DNA from: Cyanophora paradoxa CCMP329
Lineage: Eukaryota; Plantae; Glaucophyta
Direction of reading: 5' to 3'
Length of the DNA: 58,799 bases
Assembly (NCBI GenBank): GCA_004431415.1
Contig: QPMI01000337.1
Coordinates: 1-58,799, forward strand
Shown here: one piece after another, positions 1 to 11,223 of the stretch
How the letters are laid out: each line of letters begins with the position of its first letter
Numbering within the stretch: the stretch's first letter is position 1
Notes under the pieces: model-generated
Databases searched by the model: none
Seen by the model: only the letters and a program-made list of their open reading frames with translations
Told to the model about the DNA's origin: nothing
Translations under genes and position numbers: made by a program

Positions 1-307
1 CGGGGCCCGGCCCGCGGGCGGGGGCGGCTGAGGGGCGGGGCTCGGGTGGCGGGGGCGCAGCACGACGAGGAGTTCGCGTTCGACCGGGTCGTCTCCCGCC
101 TCGTCGAGATGCAGGCCGCCGCCTACCTCCAGGCACCCCCCGCCCCGCCATCCCCCGGCCCCGGCCCGCCCTCACGAGCGTGGCCGCCCGGGCACGCAGA
201 CGGCGCACAACCCGCTCGCCCAAGCGCACGCGGCGCACACGCGGCCAGGCCACCGCCGGCCCCACGTGCACAGGCACCCCCCGAAGGAGCCCCTCGGGCC
301 CCACTAG
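1..307 (+). CDS. 3' end of an unidentified spliced gene (partial)
   Basis: Exon 61-132 (HDEEFAFDRVVSRLVEMQAAAYLQ) follows a GCGCAG acceptor. A GC donor at 133 and acceptor at 199 lead to a last exon 200-307 ending in TAG. No family recognised. Confidence 0.5.
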
Positions 308-595
308 CCGGCCCCGCCCCCGCCCGACGTCGACGCCGCGGCCGTGCACGATCAAGAATCTTCTGTATTTGATGTTCTCCCTTTTAAACTACCACATAAA
401 GATGAAACAGCGAAGAAGAGAAAGCAAAATTGGTTAGGGCTTCGTAAGGCTCGGAAAGGGGCTCGAGGCTAAGGGAACAAAGGAAGAGGAAGAGATCTAG
501 AGGATGGACGGAGAGGAATAAAGCAAACGACAATAGTGCGAGCGGGTGCAGAGAAGAATGCTGAAGACCGATCAAAGGTTCCTCCGAGCGAACAT

Positions 596-1626
596 TCATG
601 CGTTCGGCCGGTCGGCGCGAATCAAGCTGAGGAACTCCTTGCGGGTCTTGGCGTCGTCACGGAACACGCCGAGCATCGACGAAGTGACAGTGCTCGCGCC
701 GGGCTTCTGCACGCCGCGGGACACCATGCACATGTGGCTGCGCGGGTGCGGGGGTCAGCACGTGCGGCGCATCCCGTGCGATCTAAAGCTAGAAAGACGC
801 ATGGCAGTTTGCAGGCAACCGCAGGGGGCGGGCGGGGGGCCTGAAGCGTGCGTGTCCGCACCTCGCCTCGACGACGACGGCGACGCCCTGGGGCTTCAGG
901 ATATCCTCGACCGCCTGGGCGATCTGCTTCGTGAGGCGCTCCTGGACCTGGAGCCTCCGCGAGTACATCTCGGCGATGCGGGCCAGCTTGCTGCTCCCAC
1001 GTGCTTAGCGACCGGGCGTGCGGAAGGACGCGTACGCGCAGCAAACCTGAGCCCAACAACCTTGCCGTTGGGAATGTAGCCGATGTGGACCTTCCCGTAG
1101 AAGGGCACCATATGATGCTCGCACTGGCTGAAGATGGAGATGTCCCGGACGATCACCATCTCGTCGTGGTTCTCCTCGAAAACAGCGTTGTTCATCACAT
1201 CTAATCGAGCGCAGAGGGGCCCGCGTTAGCCCGGAGTTGCGCGCGCGCGCACGCGCGTTGGTATGTTCGCCGGGCAAAAGATTATTGCGCACCCTCGACC
1301 TTCTTGCCGTAGCCCTCAGTGAAGAAGAGCATAGCCTTGGCCACGCGCTTGGGCGTGTCGAGCAGGCCCTCGCGCGCGGGGTCCTCGCCAATCGCCTCGA
1401 GGATGACCTTCACGGCGTCCGAGATCTTGGCGATCTTCCCCTCGCGCTCCTTGTCGAGCTCAACCTTCTTGGCGGTGCTGCTGCTCTCATCCGAATCGCT
1501 CAAGTCGGCCGCCGGGGAGATGGAGGACGCGGAATCGACGCGGTGCAGGTGGTCGAGCGCTTTGCGCTTCTTGGAGAGAGGGTCCACCTTGCAGTCGCCG
1601 TTGTGGGTGATCTCGACGGGCGGCAT
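596..1626 (-). CDS. GCH1: GTP cyclohydrolase I (single-domain type), 4 exons
   Basis: Spliced product contains [64 protein letters not shown] and [14 protein letters not shown], including the Zn ligands C/H/C. ATG at 1626, TGA at 596-598. Confidence 0.96.
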
Positions 1627-1767
1627 GGCTGCGGGCTGGCTGAAAGTGACGAACGGGAGCGAGACCGGAGTGAAGGGGCTCGGCGAACTGTGCGTGCGTA
1701 CCCCCCCTCGAGTCCTCAATAACGAGCCTCGAGCTCATGCAAAACGCACGTGCGCCGGCTGTCATGT

Positions 1768-4437
1768 TCAGACGAACGAGCGCCAGACGCGCCGGAGCTG
1801 ATCGCGAGCGATTTCGACGGGGAGGGCAACGGTGCGCCCGCTGGGGGCGGCGTGCGCGAGCCCCAGGCGCAGGAGCGTCTCCACCGCCGCCTCCGCCCGG
1901 AACTCCGCCTCCACCCTGCACGCGCACGCCGGCCGCCCTCGAGATCCAGGCGGGGCCCGGTCGGGGGCGCGAAAAGGAGGGGATGGGCACCCGAGGGCGT
2001 CGCGGAGGATGGCGGAGCAGGCGGCCTGCAGGCGGGGGCCGTCGAGCGGGGCGCACCGGCCGCCGTCCCACAGCGCCGCGTACGCCACCAGCGCCTCCGC
2101 CGCTGCGCCCCGCGGCGCCGCCTCGGCTGCCGGCCTGCACGCCGGGCGGGTCGGGGCGGGTCGGGGCGGACTGGACTGGCGGGCGGCGGCGTCGGCGATG
2201 TCGGCGAGGGCGGCGGCGTCCACCGCGAGGCTCTTGTTCAAAAGCGTGTCCAGCTGCTCCCGCCGGTACCGCTCCGACGCGTTCCTGCCCCCCGCCCCGC
2301 CCCTCGGCCCCCGCCCCCGGGCGGGGGCGGGGGGCGGGCGGGCTGGGGCGGGGGGCGGGCGGGCTGGGGCGGGCCGGTAGTTGATGAATGTGCGGGTGGC
2401 GTAGAGGCTGAGGCCGGCCACCCCCAGCAGCTCCAGGTACTGCCGCCCCGGCGCTGGGCCCCGGGGGTGCGGGCGGGGCGGGGCGGGGCGGGGGCGGACG
2501 GGGTCGAGGAGCTCGGTGCGGAGGTTGACGGCGGCGGCGAGGAGGCCGAGGAGGGCGGTGAAGTCGAGCTTGAGGAGGTCCCCCGCGCGGAACACCAGCT
2601 TCTGCACCGGCAGCACCCCCTCCACCTCCACCTGGCCCCCCCCACGCCCCCGCCTCACACCCCCCGCCGCACCCGCGGGGGGAGGGCCGGCCGCGCCACG
2701 GGGACGTCGCGGAAGACGCGCAGGTGGATCGCCTGCCCCTCGCCGCCCCCGCCCCCCGCCAGCTCGCCGCGGCGGAGGAGGCGGCGGAGGAGGGCAGGGG
2801 TGCGGGCGGGGCGGGGCGGGGCGTAGCGGTAGAGGAGCAGCACGCGCTCGAAGGTCGGCTCCTCGAGGGGCGTGGGGGCGAGGAGCCAGCGCACGAGGGG
2901 CCCCACCCCCGCCTCCGCCGGCCCGTCCAGCAGCGTCCGCCGCACGAGCCGCCGCCTCGCCGGGGCGGCCGGGCCGGGCGGGCCCGGGCCCGGGGACGGG
3001 GAGGGTGCGGGGTCGGGGGCGGGGCGCCCGGAGCGGGGTCGGCGAGGGCGGAGTAGCGGGTGCGGAGGCGGAGGAGGACGGCGGCCGCCGATGAGGCGAG
3101 CGCCGGGCGCAGCCGCCGCCCGCCCCCGGTACGCCCCGAACGCCGCCTCCGCCGCCCGCGCCCCAGCGGCCGCTCCCCTCCTCCCCGCCCCGCCCCCTCC
3201 TCCCCTCGCTGGGCGGCGCCGGCGAGGCGGGTGGGCGGAGGAGGGCTGGGCGGGGGTGAGGCGGGGCGGGCAGGGCTGGGGGCGGGGCGGGGCGGGGCGC
3301 CTGGAGGGAGGCGGCGAGGCGGGCGGCGAGGGCGGCGAGGGCGTCGAGGGCGCGAGGGCGCGGCGCAGCAGCTGCGCCTCCACCACCGCCAGCTTCCGCC
3401 CGATCTGCGGGCCCACCTCCTCCCGCCGCCCGTACCTGCCCCCCCCGCCCCGCTCGCCCCGCCCGGAGCCGGCGGCTCGCGCGAAGGGGCGCAGGCAGGG
3501 GCGGCACCCGCGCGTGAAGACGGCAACGCGCTCGTCCAGCGGCTCCTCGCCCTCGCGCACCCCGTTCCGGCCCCGCCCGGCCAGCCCCGCCACCAGGCCC
3601 CGGCGGCGCCTCCTCGAGCGGGGCCGGCGACGGGCTGGGCCCGTCCCCGCGGGCGCGGGGCGGGCGGAGTGCGCGGAGGAGGTCGCGGTCGAGCTTCTCC
3701 CACTCGATCTCGACGGGCTTCGCGAAGGGGTCCGGCCGCGGCGGCCGCAGGCTCCCCGCGAAGGCGCCGCGCTGGCGGGAGCCGTAGCGCTCCCACGCGC
3801 CGTCCTCCACGAGCTCGCCCACCGCCCACAGGAACGCCGCCTCCGACGCCCGCCGCGCCTCCGCCCGCACCGGGGCCGCCCCCTCGGGCCCGGCCCCCGG
3901 CTCGAAGGCGCGGTACAGCTCCCGCAGCCGCGCCCGCGTCTCCGCCGCCTCGAACTGCAGCACGCTCGCAAGCGCGCCGGCCAGCTTCGTGAACTCCCTC
4001 GCGTCGTCGTCCGCCACGGAGGCGCTGATGTGCGCGACCAGCCGCTTGACGCTACCGTCGAAGGCGGCGCCGGCAGGGATATCGCAGACGCAGACGGACG
4101 ACGCGTCCTCCAGAGGCGGTGGCGACGGAGACGTCAGTAGAGATGCTGGCGAAGGCGATGCACGAAGGTTGCGCTCTCCTTTCGGCTCGTCCGCATCGGC
4201 TGGCGCGCTGCAGAACCAGCGGCCGCCGAATGAGTGACCCCAGCATCTTGCAGTCCGCTTGCGCCTGCTGCAGATCGCGGCAGCGTCCGCGGCTCGCTGG
4301 CCGAGCGAGCCGAGACGGACAGCGTCGCGCGTGAGCGCCGCTGGGTGCGCGAGCTGCGAGCAGTGTGCTGAGCCGGAGGCTGATGGTCGCCTGGGTCTGA
4401 GGAGATCGCCGGCCGCGGGCAGCGCCGCCCAGGCCAT
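1768..4437 (-). CDS. DUF3754 / TMEM143-like membrane protein
   Basis: Exonic motifs LEEPTFERVLLLYR, IHLRVFRDVPV, VEGVLPVQKLVFRAGDLLKLD, two hydrophobic segments, LLNKSLA and a C-terminal VEAEFRAEAAVETLLRLGL match the remembered DUF3754 pattern. The Arg/Ser/Ala-rich N-terminus may be an organellar presequence. Confidence 0.75.
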   Translation of the reverse strand: MAWAALPAAGDLLRPRRPSASGSAHCSQLAHPAALTRDAVRLGSLGQRAADAAAICSRRKRTARCWGHSFGGRWFCSAPADADEPKGERNLRASPSPASLLTSPSPPPLEDASSVCVCDIPAGAAFDGSVKRLVAHISASVADDDAREFTKLAGALASVLQFEAAETRARLRELYRAFEPGAGPEGAAPVRAEARRASEAAFLWAVGELVEDGAWERYGSRQRGAFAGSLRPPRPDPFAKPVEIEWEKLDRDLLRALRPPRARGDGPSPSPAPLEEAPPGPGGGAGRAGPERGARGRGAAGRARCRLHARVPPLPAPLRASRRLRAGRAGRGGQVRAAGGGGPADRAEAGGGGGAAAAPRPRALDALAALAARLAASLQAPRPAPPPALPAPPHPRPALLRPPASPAPPSEGRRGRGGEEGSGRWGAGGGGGVRGVPGAGGGCARRSPHRRPPSSSASAPATPPSPTPLRAPRPRPRTLPVPGPGPARPGRPGEAAARAADAAGRAGGGGGGAPRALAPRPHAPRGADLRARAAPLPLRPAPPRPHPCPPPPPPPPRRAGGGRGRRGAGDPPARLPRRPRGAAGPPPAGAAGGVRRGRGGGQVEVEGVLPVQKLVFRAGDLLKLDFTALLGLLAAAVNLRTELLDPVRPRPAPPRPHPRGPAPGRQYLELLGVAGLSLYATRTFINYRPAPARPPPAPARPPPAPARGRGPRGGAGGRNASERYRREQLDTLLNKSLAVDAAALADIADAAARQSSPPRPAPTRPACRPAAEAAPRGAAAEALVAYAALWDGGRCAPLDGPRLQAACSAILRDALGCPSPPFRAPDRAPPGSRGRPACACRVEAEFRAEAAVETLLRLGLAHAAPSGRTVALPVEIARDQLRRVWRSFV

Positions 4438-4530
4438 CAAAGAGTACTAGTACCCCCCCTCGCGCAGCCGAAAGCAGCGCGAGCCTCGGAAAGGGATGCG
4501 GCGTATGGAGATAGCGTGCGGAGCGTGAGG

Positions 4531-6026
4531 ATGGCGAACAAGTTCCCGACTCGGGTCGCCCAGACGCTCACCGGCCACCAAGGGCCGGTCTCTGTCGTCC
4601 GGTTCAACAGTGCGCGCGCCGCGAGTCACTGCACTCCACGCACGATCTTACATTGATGCGCAGGCGATGGCTCGTATTGCCTGACCGGTGGCCAGGACCG
4701 GCTCATCAAGTGCGCGGCCGCGCCATGACCGTGCGCTGCCAAGCTCGCGAGCCTCATTCGATCGAGCAGGCTTTGGAACCCTCACAAGGGACTCTGCGTT
4801 AAGACCTACAAAGGCCACGGTTACGAGGTCTTCGACATCACCTCGTGCGCTTTGCAGCAGCAGTCGCGGCCGGCACTGTCGCCCGCCGAGCGCGCATTCC
4901 GCAGCACAAAGGATAACAACCGCTTCGCGTCATGCGGCGGCGACAAAGTCGTCTTTCTGTGGGACGTGTCGACGGGCCGCACGATCCGCAAGTTCCAGGG
5001 GCACACCGCGGTGCGTGGTGCGGGCGCGCGGCGTCGAGCGCGAGCAGCTGACACCCGCGGCAGCGCATCAACGCGCTCAAGTTCAACGGCGATGAGACAG
5101 TCATCGTCTCCGGTGCGCCGCGCTTCCGCGGCGCAGCGCCGGCGAAGGCAAACCGGCCCCGCAGCGTCTTACGACGGGACGATGCGGGCGTTCGACCTGA
5201 GGTGCGGCCGGCGGAGGCGGGGCGCCGGCGGGGACCTCAGCGCGGGGCCCGGCAGGTCGCAGTCGCAGAACGCGATCCAGACGATCGACAACTTCAAGGA
5301 CAGCGTCACCTCCGTCATCATCACCGCCACGGAGATCGTCGGCGGGTGCGCCCCGCCGCGTGCGTGCGCCGGCCGGGCGCCGGGGCCACTGCCGGCGCAG
5401 GAGCGTGGACGGGACCATCCGGCGCTTTGACATCCGCATCGGGCGGGTCTACACGGACACGATCGGGGGCGCGTGCTGCCGGCGCAGCGCTTTGCGGGAC
5501 GGGCGGGGCGCTGAGGGGCGCGGGGCGGGCAGTGCCGGTGACGTGGATGGCGGTGTCGAACGACGGGAACTGCTCGGTGGCGTCGTGCCTCGACGGCACC
5601 GTCCGCCTCTTCGACAAGGACTCGGGCGAGCTCCTCAACGAGTGCGCCCCCGCCCCGCGCCGCCCCGCGCCCCGCCCCGCGCCGGGGGGCGAGGCCGGGG
5701 GCGGGGCAGGTACCGGGGCCACAAGAGCGGGGAGTACAAGGTGGAGGCGTGCCTCTCGTACGGGGACGAGCACGTGGTCTCGGGCTCCGAGGACTCCCGC
5801 ATCCTCTTCTGGGACCTCGTCCAGGCCCGCCCCGCCCGCCCGCCCCGCCCCGCCCCGCCCCGGCCTCACGCGGGGCGGGCGGGCGCAGAGCAAGGTGGAG
5901 CAGACGCTGGTGGGCCACACGGGGGTCGTCTCGTCGCTCGCGTACCACCCGACAGCGACGTGCCTCGTCTCGGCCGCCACCGACGGCACCGTCAAGTGCT
6001 GGAAGACCCCCGCCGCCGCCGAGTAG
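4531..6026 (+). CDS. WDR83: WD40 protein WDR83/MORG1
   Basis: Spliced product includes MANKFPTRVAQTLTGHQGPVSVVRFN, LWNPHKGLCVKTYKGHGYEV, DNNRFASCGGDKVVFLWDVSTGRTIRKFQGH, SVDGTIRRFDIRIG, LDGTVRLFDKDSGELLNEYRGH and SGSEDSRILFWDLV. TAG at 6026. Confidence 0.9.
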
Positions 6027-6153
6027 CCCGCCCCGCGCACACACCAGCCAGCTAGCCCCACACAGGCTCGTGTATGCATGCCAGTAGACAGAAGGATCTA
6101 CGGGCGCCGCGCACGGGGCGGGGGCGGGGGCGGGGGCGTGCGGGGGCGGGGTC

Positions 6154-8030
6154 CTAGTGGTCCTCGCCGCCGCCGCCCTCGCCGGAGGACTGGCAGACGG
6201 CCATGACGCAGGAGGAGACGGCGCCGCCGAAGAGCCCGCAGCCGTCCGAGATGCGGTCCCACAGCGACTTCTCCACTGGCGGCAGCTTCTGCGCATGCGC
6301 GCCCGTGGGCGGGCCGGCGGAGCGGGGCTGGCGGGCGGCGGGCGGGGCGGACTGCGCGGAGGTTGAGGGGCTCGTGCTTCTGGGAGGGCGGCCCGGGCAG
6401 CTCCTTGTTCCCGAACGTCTGCGCCCGGCTCCCGTCCTGCACGTACAGCGACTTCCCGCAGTACCACACCCGGTTCCCCTCTACCGCCCCGCCCCCGTCG
6501 CCCCGGCCCCCGCACGCCGCGCGCGGGGCCGGCGGGGTTGGGAGGCGGGGCGGACCGACGTCGCCGCAGGCCTCCTTGGCGACGAAGATGCCGGCGCCCT
6601 TGCAGTCGTGCACCACGTTGTTCTCCACGAAGACGTTCAGCGAGTCCTGCCACCCCCGGCCCCCGCCTCCTTCGCCGGCCGCCCCCAGCGCGGGGCGGGG
6701 GCGGGGCGCACGGTGAAGAAGCCGATGCCGCCCTCGCGGCAGTTGTGGACCTCGTTCTTGGCGACGTTGTTCCCCGCGCCCGGCCCGATGTACACCCCCC
6801 ACGCCGCGTTGTGCAGCACTGCCGCCCCCTCGGCTTTCGCACGGGCGCCCCGGCGCGGGCGGCCCCGCCCCGCGCACCGCACTCGGTGACCTTGGCCACG
6901 ACGGGGGCCCCCGCGCTCGCCCCCGCCGGCCGCAGCGACGGCCCCGTCGTCGCCCTGGCACGCGGCTCAGGCGGCGGGGCGCGGGGCGGACTGGGGGAGG
7001 GCGGGCCTGCCGAGGAGGAGGGCGCAGCAGGTCGTCTCCTCGCCCTGGCCGGCGATGTCGCATGCGGTCACCGTCCAGGTCCCCGACACGACGTTCACCC
7101 CGCCCTGCCGCCCCCGCCCCCTCCCTCGCCCCCGCTCCCCACCGCACCGACCCGCCCCCGGCGCTGCTGGGCCGGCGCACCTTGACGGCGAAGTTGGAGA
7201 TGGTGCCGGGGCCCGCCCCGCCGAGCACCAGCGCGTACTCCGAGACGTGCTGCGCCCCGCCCCCGCCGCGTCGGCCGGCGCCCGGGCCGCCCGCCCTGGG
7301 ACACGCGCCTTCATCTCGATAACCGCGTCCGTCTTCTTGTCCCCGCTCCCCTTCACTGCGGCACGCGTTCGGCTGCAGGACCCACACGGTGCGACGCGGC
7401 GGCCGCACCCGTGATGTTCTTGCTGATCGTCAGCGTCTCCTCTATGATGTGCTGCGCGGGGCGGCGCGCTCGACACGGCGACGTACCGCTGTGCACCGCG
7501 CAGCGACGGGCGGGAGGCGCGCACGGTCCCCGGTTTCAGGAGGACAGTGTCCCTCGCGGAGGCCGCGTCAACCGCCTGCGGGGCGTGAGCGGCAGCTCTT
7601 CTTGCGGCGCGGGGGCGGGCGCACTCGTTTCAAGTCGGTGAACAGGAGCTCGGACGCGTTCTCGACCGCCTGCGGGCTTGGGTCCACGGTCAACGTCCGG
7701 AGCTGCGAGGGCACGTTGAGAGCCTGTTGAGCGCATGTTCGTAGGCGCGTGCAAACCTGCATCTTGGCCTCGGCCGCCTCGCGCTTCTTTTGCTCTGCGG
7801 CATACTGCAGGACCGCTGTCAGACGGCGTGCTGCCGTTCAATCGAGGTGAAGCGCCGCCGCACCTGTGCGTAAAGTCTATCCACCTGTGCAATTAAAAGA
7901 AATGAGTCGAGAAGACTCGCAACGTGCAAGCACGCAGCTATTTGGCGAGAAACGCGTCGCATGCGTCGCGGCAAACCTGGTCGGTGACCGGCTCAGGGGC
8001 CGGCTGGCCCTTCCTCGCCGCCGCCGCGTA
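6154..8030 (-). CDS. right-handed parallel beta-helix (CASH/NosD-like) protein; 5' end uncertain, may extend to about 9000
   Basis: Exons give AVDAASARDTVLLKPGT|HIIEETLTISKNIT (typical beta-helix N-cap), VLHNAAWGVYIG, NEVHNCREGGIGF, ENNVVHDCKGAGIFV and VEGNRVWYC. TAG at 6154-6156. Upstream in-phase exons (VTDQ|VDRLYAQ|YAAEQKKREAAEAKMQ) link it to the 7938-9005 minus-strand ORF. Confidence 0.65.
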
Positions 8031-9422
8031 TCTGCAGAACGGTGACAGATCAGCGGCCAGGTCCGGCGGAGCGAGGAAGTTGCAGGCGGTGCGACAACGC
8101 ACAAGGCGTCGACCTGGCGTACGAAAGGTCAACGTACGTCGGAAAAGATAGCCGCTGAGCCATCGCAGCGGCGTACCTCGGTCATCGCTCAACGCGACGG
8201 CGTCGACTCGAAGGAGGCAGCCTGCAGGCCGGGTGCTTGCGACCAATATTCTGGCAGCGGCAGCGACCTGCCACCAGCAGCTTCGCCGCTCTCGTTCCGC
8301 CGCTGCCGAAATGCGGTGCGGCTGTCTGGCGAAGGGGGTACAAGCTGCGCAGGCGATGTTCAGCTCGATGGCGGCGCTGTCCTTGGGACGCCTAACATCC
8401 GGGACGATCATCGCCGAGACCCCGCGCCGCAGACGGGCAGCGGAGAAACCGCGGCGCACCTCCGCAGCACCGCGCGGCCTCTTCCCGCGAGGCCCTCCCG
8501 CCGTCAAGTTGAATTGTGCGCTCCTCATACGCGCTCCTCGTTTTGTCTCTCCGCGCGCCGAATGATAAGTTTTGCGCCTAGCTTGGAGTCCCGACCGGCA
8601 CAACCGGCTTGCGACGTCGACGTCGGATGACAGCGCGCTTCCGTTGAAGCCGCGTACGACGTCGGCGTCCCCCGCGAGGGACGAGAGCGACCGGCCGGTC
8701 TGGTCAGTTCCGCCAGGACCACCTCGTCGGCTTTTCCCCGCAGGACCACCCCACGGGCGCCGGCGACACATCTCCGATTCAGGTTCATGCGCGTCGACGC
8801 CTGCCAGGTCCCGCCAAGCTGACCGGCCGATGCTTGGCGCAGGCCCCGTGGGCGACCTGCACCCTTTCTCTGAGGCGGGCCACGAGTCCGCGAGAAGCTG
8901 CGAGGGAAACGAGGCAATGTTCGCGGAGATGCGCGCGCGTCGCCGCGTTGAGCGCCAGCTGCGGAGGCTCTTTTCCGCGAAGCCGCCGACGCCGGCCGCT
9001 GTCAAGCCTCCTGCACTTCAGTAGAGGCCGAGGCAGCGCGCTCTTTCTTTCCTGTATCACGGCTAACCGCTGTTGTATTTTACTTGTATTTCTGCGTCAG
9101 ATTGGTAGGCGCTCGTGGGTGTTGTGAATATTTATAGTTTGTTCTGAGCAGGTATTTCGTTCACGACTTAGATTGCGGTAGCTAGCGTCGTTTCCAAGCC
9201 TCAGTGCTAGATATCTAGTGTCTGAGCGTCGCAGTGTATACGTATCATATCTAGTGGTATCTAGTATCTGATCATGAACGTCTCGGCCAGGCCGCGTCGC
9301 CTCGGGCGCGCCCGCGCATGCCAGATCCGATGATCTATATCATCTAGACTCTGAGACTCGCACTAGTATATTATAATTGATTGCAATGGGCGCGGTGGAC
9401 TCAGGGCGTCGACCGACGGCCG

Positions 9423-9573
9423 GGCCGCGGCCGGGCGGATTTGTCTGCACTTAAGCTTCTTAAAAGCTTCTCCGTCGTGCCACGGCCGCGGTGGCGGCCG
9501 CGGCCGGGCGGATTTGTTTGCACTTAAGCTTCTTAAAAGCTTCTCCGTCGTACGCGTGCCACGGCCGCGGTGG
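9423..9573. repeat. intergenic tandem duplication, 73-bp period, 2 copies
   Basis: ggccgcggccgggcggatttgt(c/t)tgcacttaagcttcttaaaagcttctccgtcgt[acgcgt]gccacggccgcggtgg at 9423 and 9496. The copies differ by one substitution and a 6-nt indel. Confidence 0.95.
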
Positions 9574-9927
9574 ACGCGGGGAAGCTGCCCCCGTGAAGCC
9601 GCGGCCGGCGCCTCGTCGAGCTCCGCTCCCACGACATGCCATCGTAGTTGGGAAGTAGTAGGAACCCATGGCCAGGGGGATCGCGCCCCCTTCGGAGCCC
9701 GGAGGGCCCTGCTGCGTTGTCCGCAGCTTCTCGCCTTATAGGTAGGACCGCCGCAGCGAGCTCTTGCGTAGCCCGCAGCTAGCCCGCCCGTTCAATCAAT
9801 GTGCAAGCAACGCTCAGACCCCTAGAGCAGCGCACAACAGATGTGTGTAGCAATCCATCAAGCAATCGCAACTTGGCTACAGGCAAAACTGCGGCCGGCT
9901 GGCCGCATCGTGACGAGCAAGAAAAAC

Positions 9928-11084
9928 CTAAGCGCTGCTGTTCATCTCGAGCGCGTTGCTGCCCTCCTTCATCAGGGTCGGGTCCTGCGCGCGCTCGTTA
10001 GCAAGCGGGGCCCGCGGAGAGCGCAGCAAGCAAACAGCGGGGGCAGGGCAGACCTCGTAGACCTGCGTGGGGAGCTCAGTGCGGGGCGGAGCGGGGCGGG
10101 GCGGGGGACGGGCGACGCACGCGGAACTGCTTGATGACCTCCTGGAACTGGGGCTTGACCTTGCCCCAACGCTTCTCCGAAGTCGAGGCCGTCAGAGTGT
10201 AGACCTGCGGCGCGCTGAGCCCCGGAGGGGCGGGGGCGGGCGGGGGCGGACCTTGCCGCGGGAGATGGCGACGGCGCCGACCTTGTGGAGCTTGGGGGAG
10301 GCGGTGGTGAGCTCGAACTCGTAGAACTTGACGCCCTGCTTCGTCACCTCCTTCGCCGTCACGAAATCCCCCCCCTCGCTCGCCGCGATCCGCTTCCCCA
10401 CCTCCTCCTGCCCCCCGCCCCCTCAGATCGTAGCTACCGGCCGGAGGCGCTCCGGGCGCGCACCGGGGTGCCCAGGGCCTCCACGGACTTGCCGGGATCG
10501 GTCGGGGTAATGAAGACGCTGATGGTCTCCTCCTCGTTCTGCCAGTGCGACGTCAGCGCGGCGCGGCTTGATCGTCGAACCCGCCGAGCTGCGGGGCGCA
10601 CAATGAGGTCGCGGAAGCCAACGTCGGGGCCGCCCTTCTTGAACGGATACTGAAGCCAGCCGTTCGGGTACGAGAGCTCGTAGCCGTCGGAGGTGTCGAC
10701 GAAGCGCTTGAGGGCGGCTGCGGTGACGCGGTACGCACGTGAGAACGGCAGCGCACCACGGAGACGGACGTAAAGCAGGACGAGTGCCGATTCATTTGCC
10801 GTGGAGGTGTACAGATCTCACGCACCGAAAGCAGGAGTCGGGGCCAGCGACGACGCAGCCAATGCGATGGCCGCGGCGAAGGCCTGGCGGCGCGAGACGG
10901 CATTCGACGACTCCGAGGGCTCATAGCTCATGCGGATGTCAGAGACCGGCTCGGCCGCGGTCGGCTGCGCGCATCGGAACGTGCGGGAGGCGAGCTTCAC
11001 CGGGCGGCTGATTTCGCAGGCCGCCGTGGCAGCGTTGAAGCTAGCCGAGCCGGGGAGAGCGGGGATGGCGGAGACGAAGGCCAT
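9928..11084 (-). CDS. PsbP-like (CyanoP/PPL-type) thylakoid lumen protein with bipartite targeting
   Basis: Transit peptide MAFVSAIPALPGSASF, then Tat signal SRRQAFAAAIALAASSLAPTPAF. Mature part FVDTSDGYELSYPNGW, GPDVGFRDLI, FYEFEL, AVAISRGKVYTLTASTSEKRWGKVK. TAG at 9928-9930. Confidence 0.88.
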
Positions 11085-11223
11085 GGTTTCGTTGCGCCGT
11101 ACCCAAGAACTAACCAACTCGTACCCCGTCGTCTTGCCTTCGCTCGAGCAGCGCTTCGAGGCGTGGAGGCGCGGCCGTTCAATTGGCGCCAGTGGCTTGG
11201 CGCGGCTGGGGACCAGCATCACG

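Noticed and set aside
9423-9573. CRISPR-like or transposon terminal repeat
   Set aside because: Only two adjacent copies, with no spacers, cas genes, transposase or target-site duplication, in a eukaryotic context.
9630-9790. Possible structured ncRNA (hairpins ggggg..ccccc and gctgcg..cgcagc)
   Set aside because: No tRNA, 5S, SRP or snRNA signature was recognised, and such hairpins are expected by chance at this GC content. An Infernal/Rfam scan would be needed.
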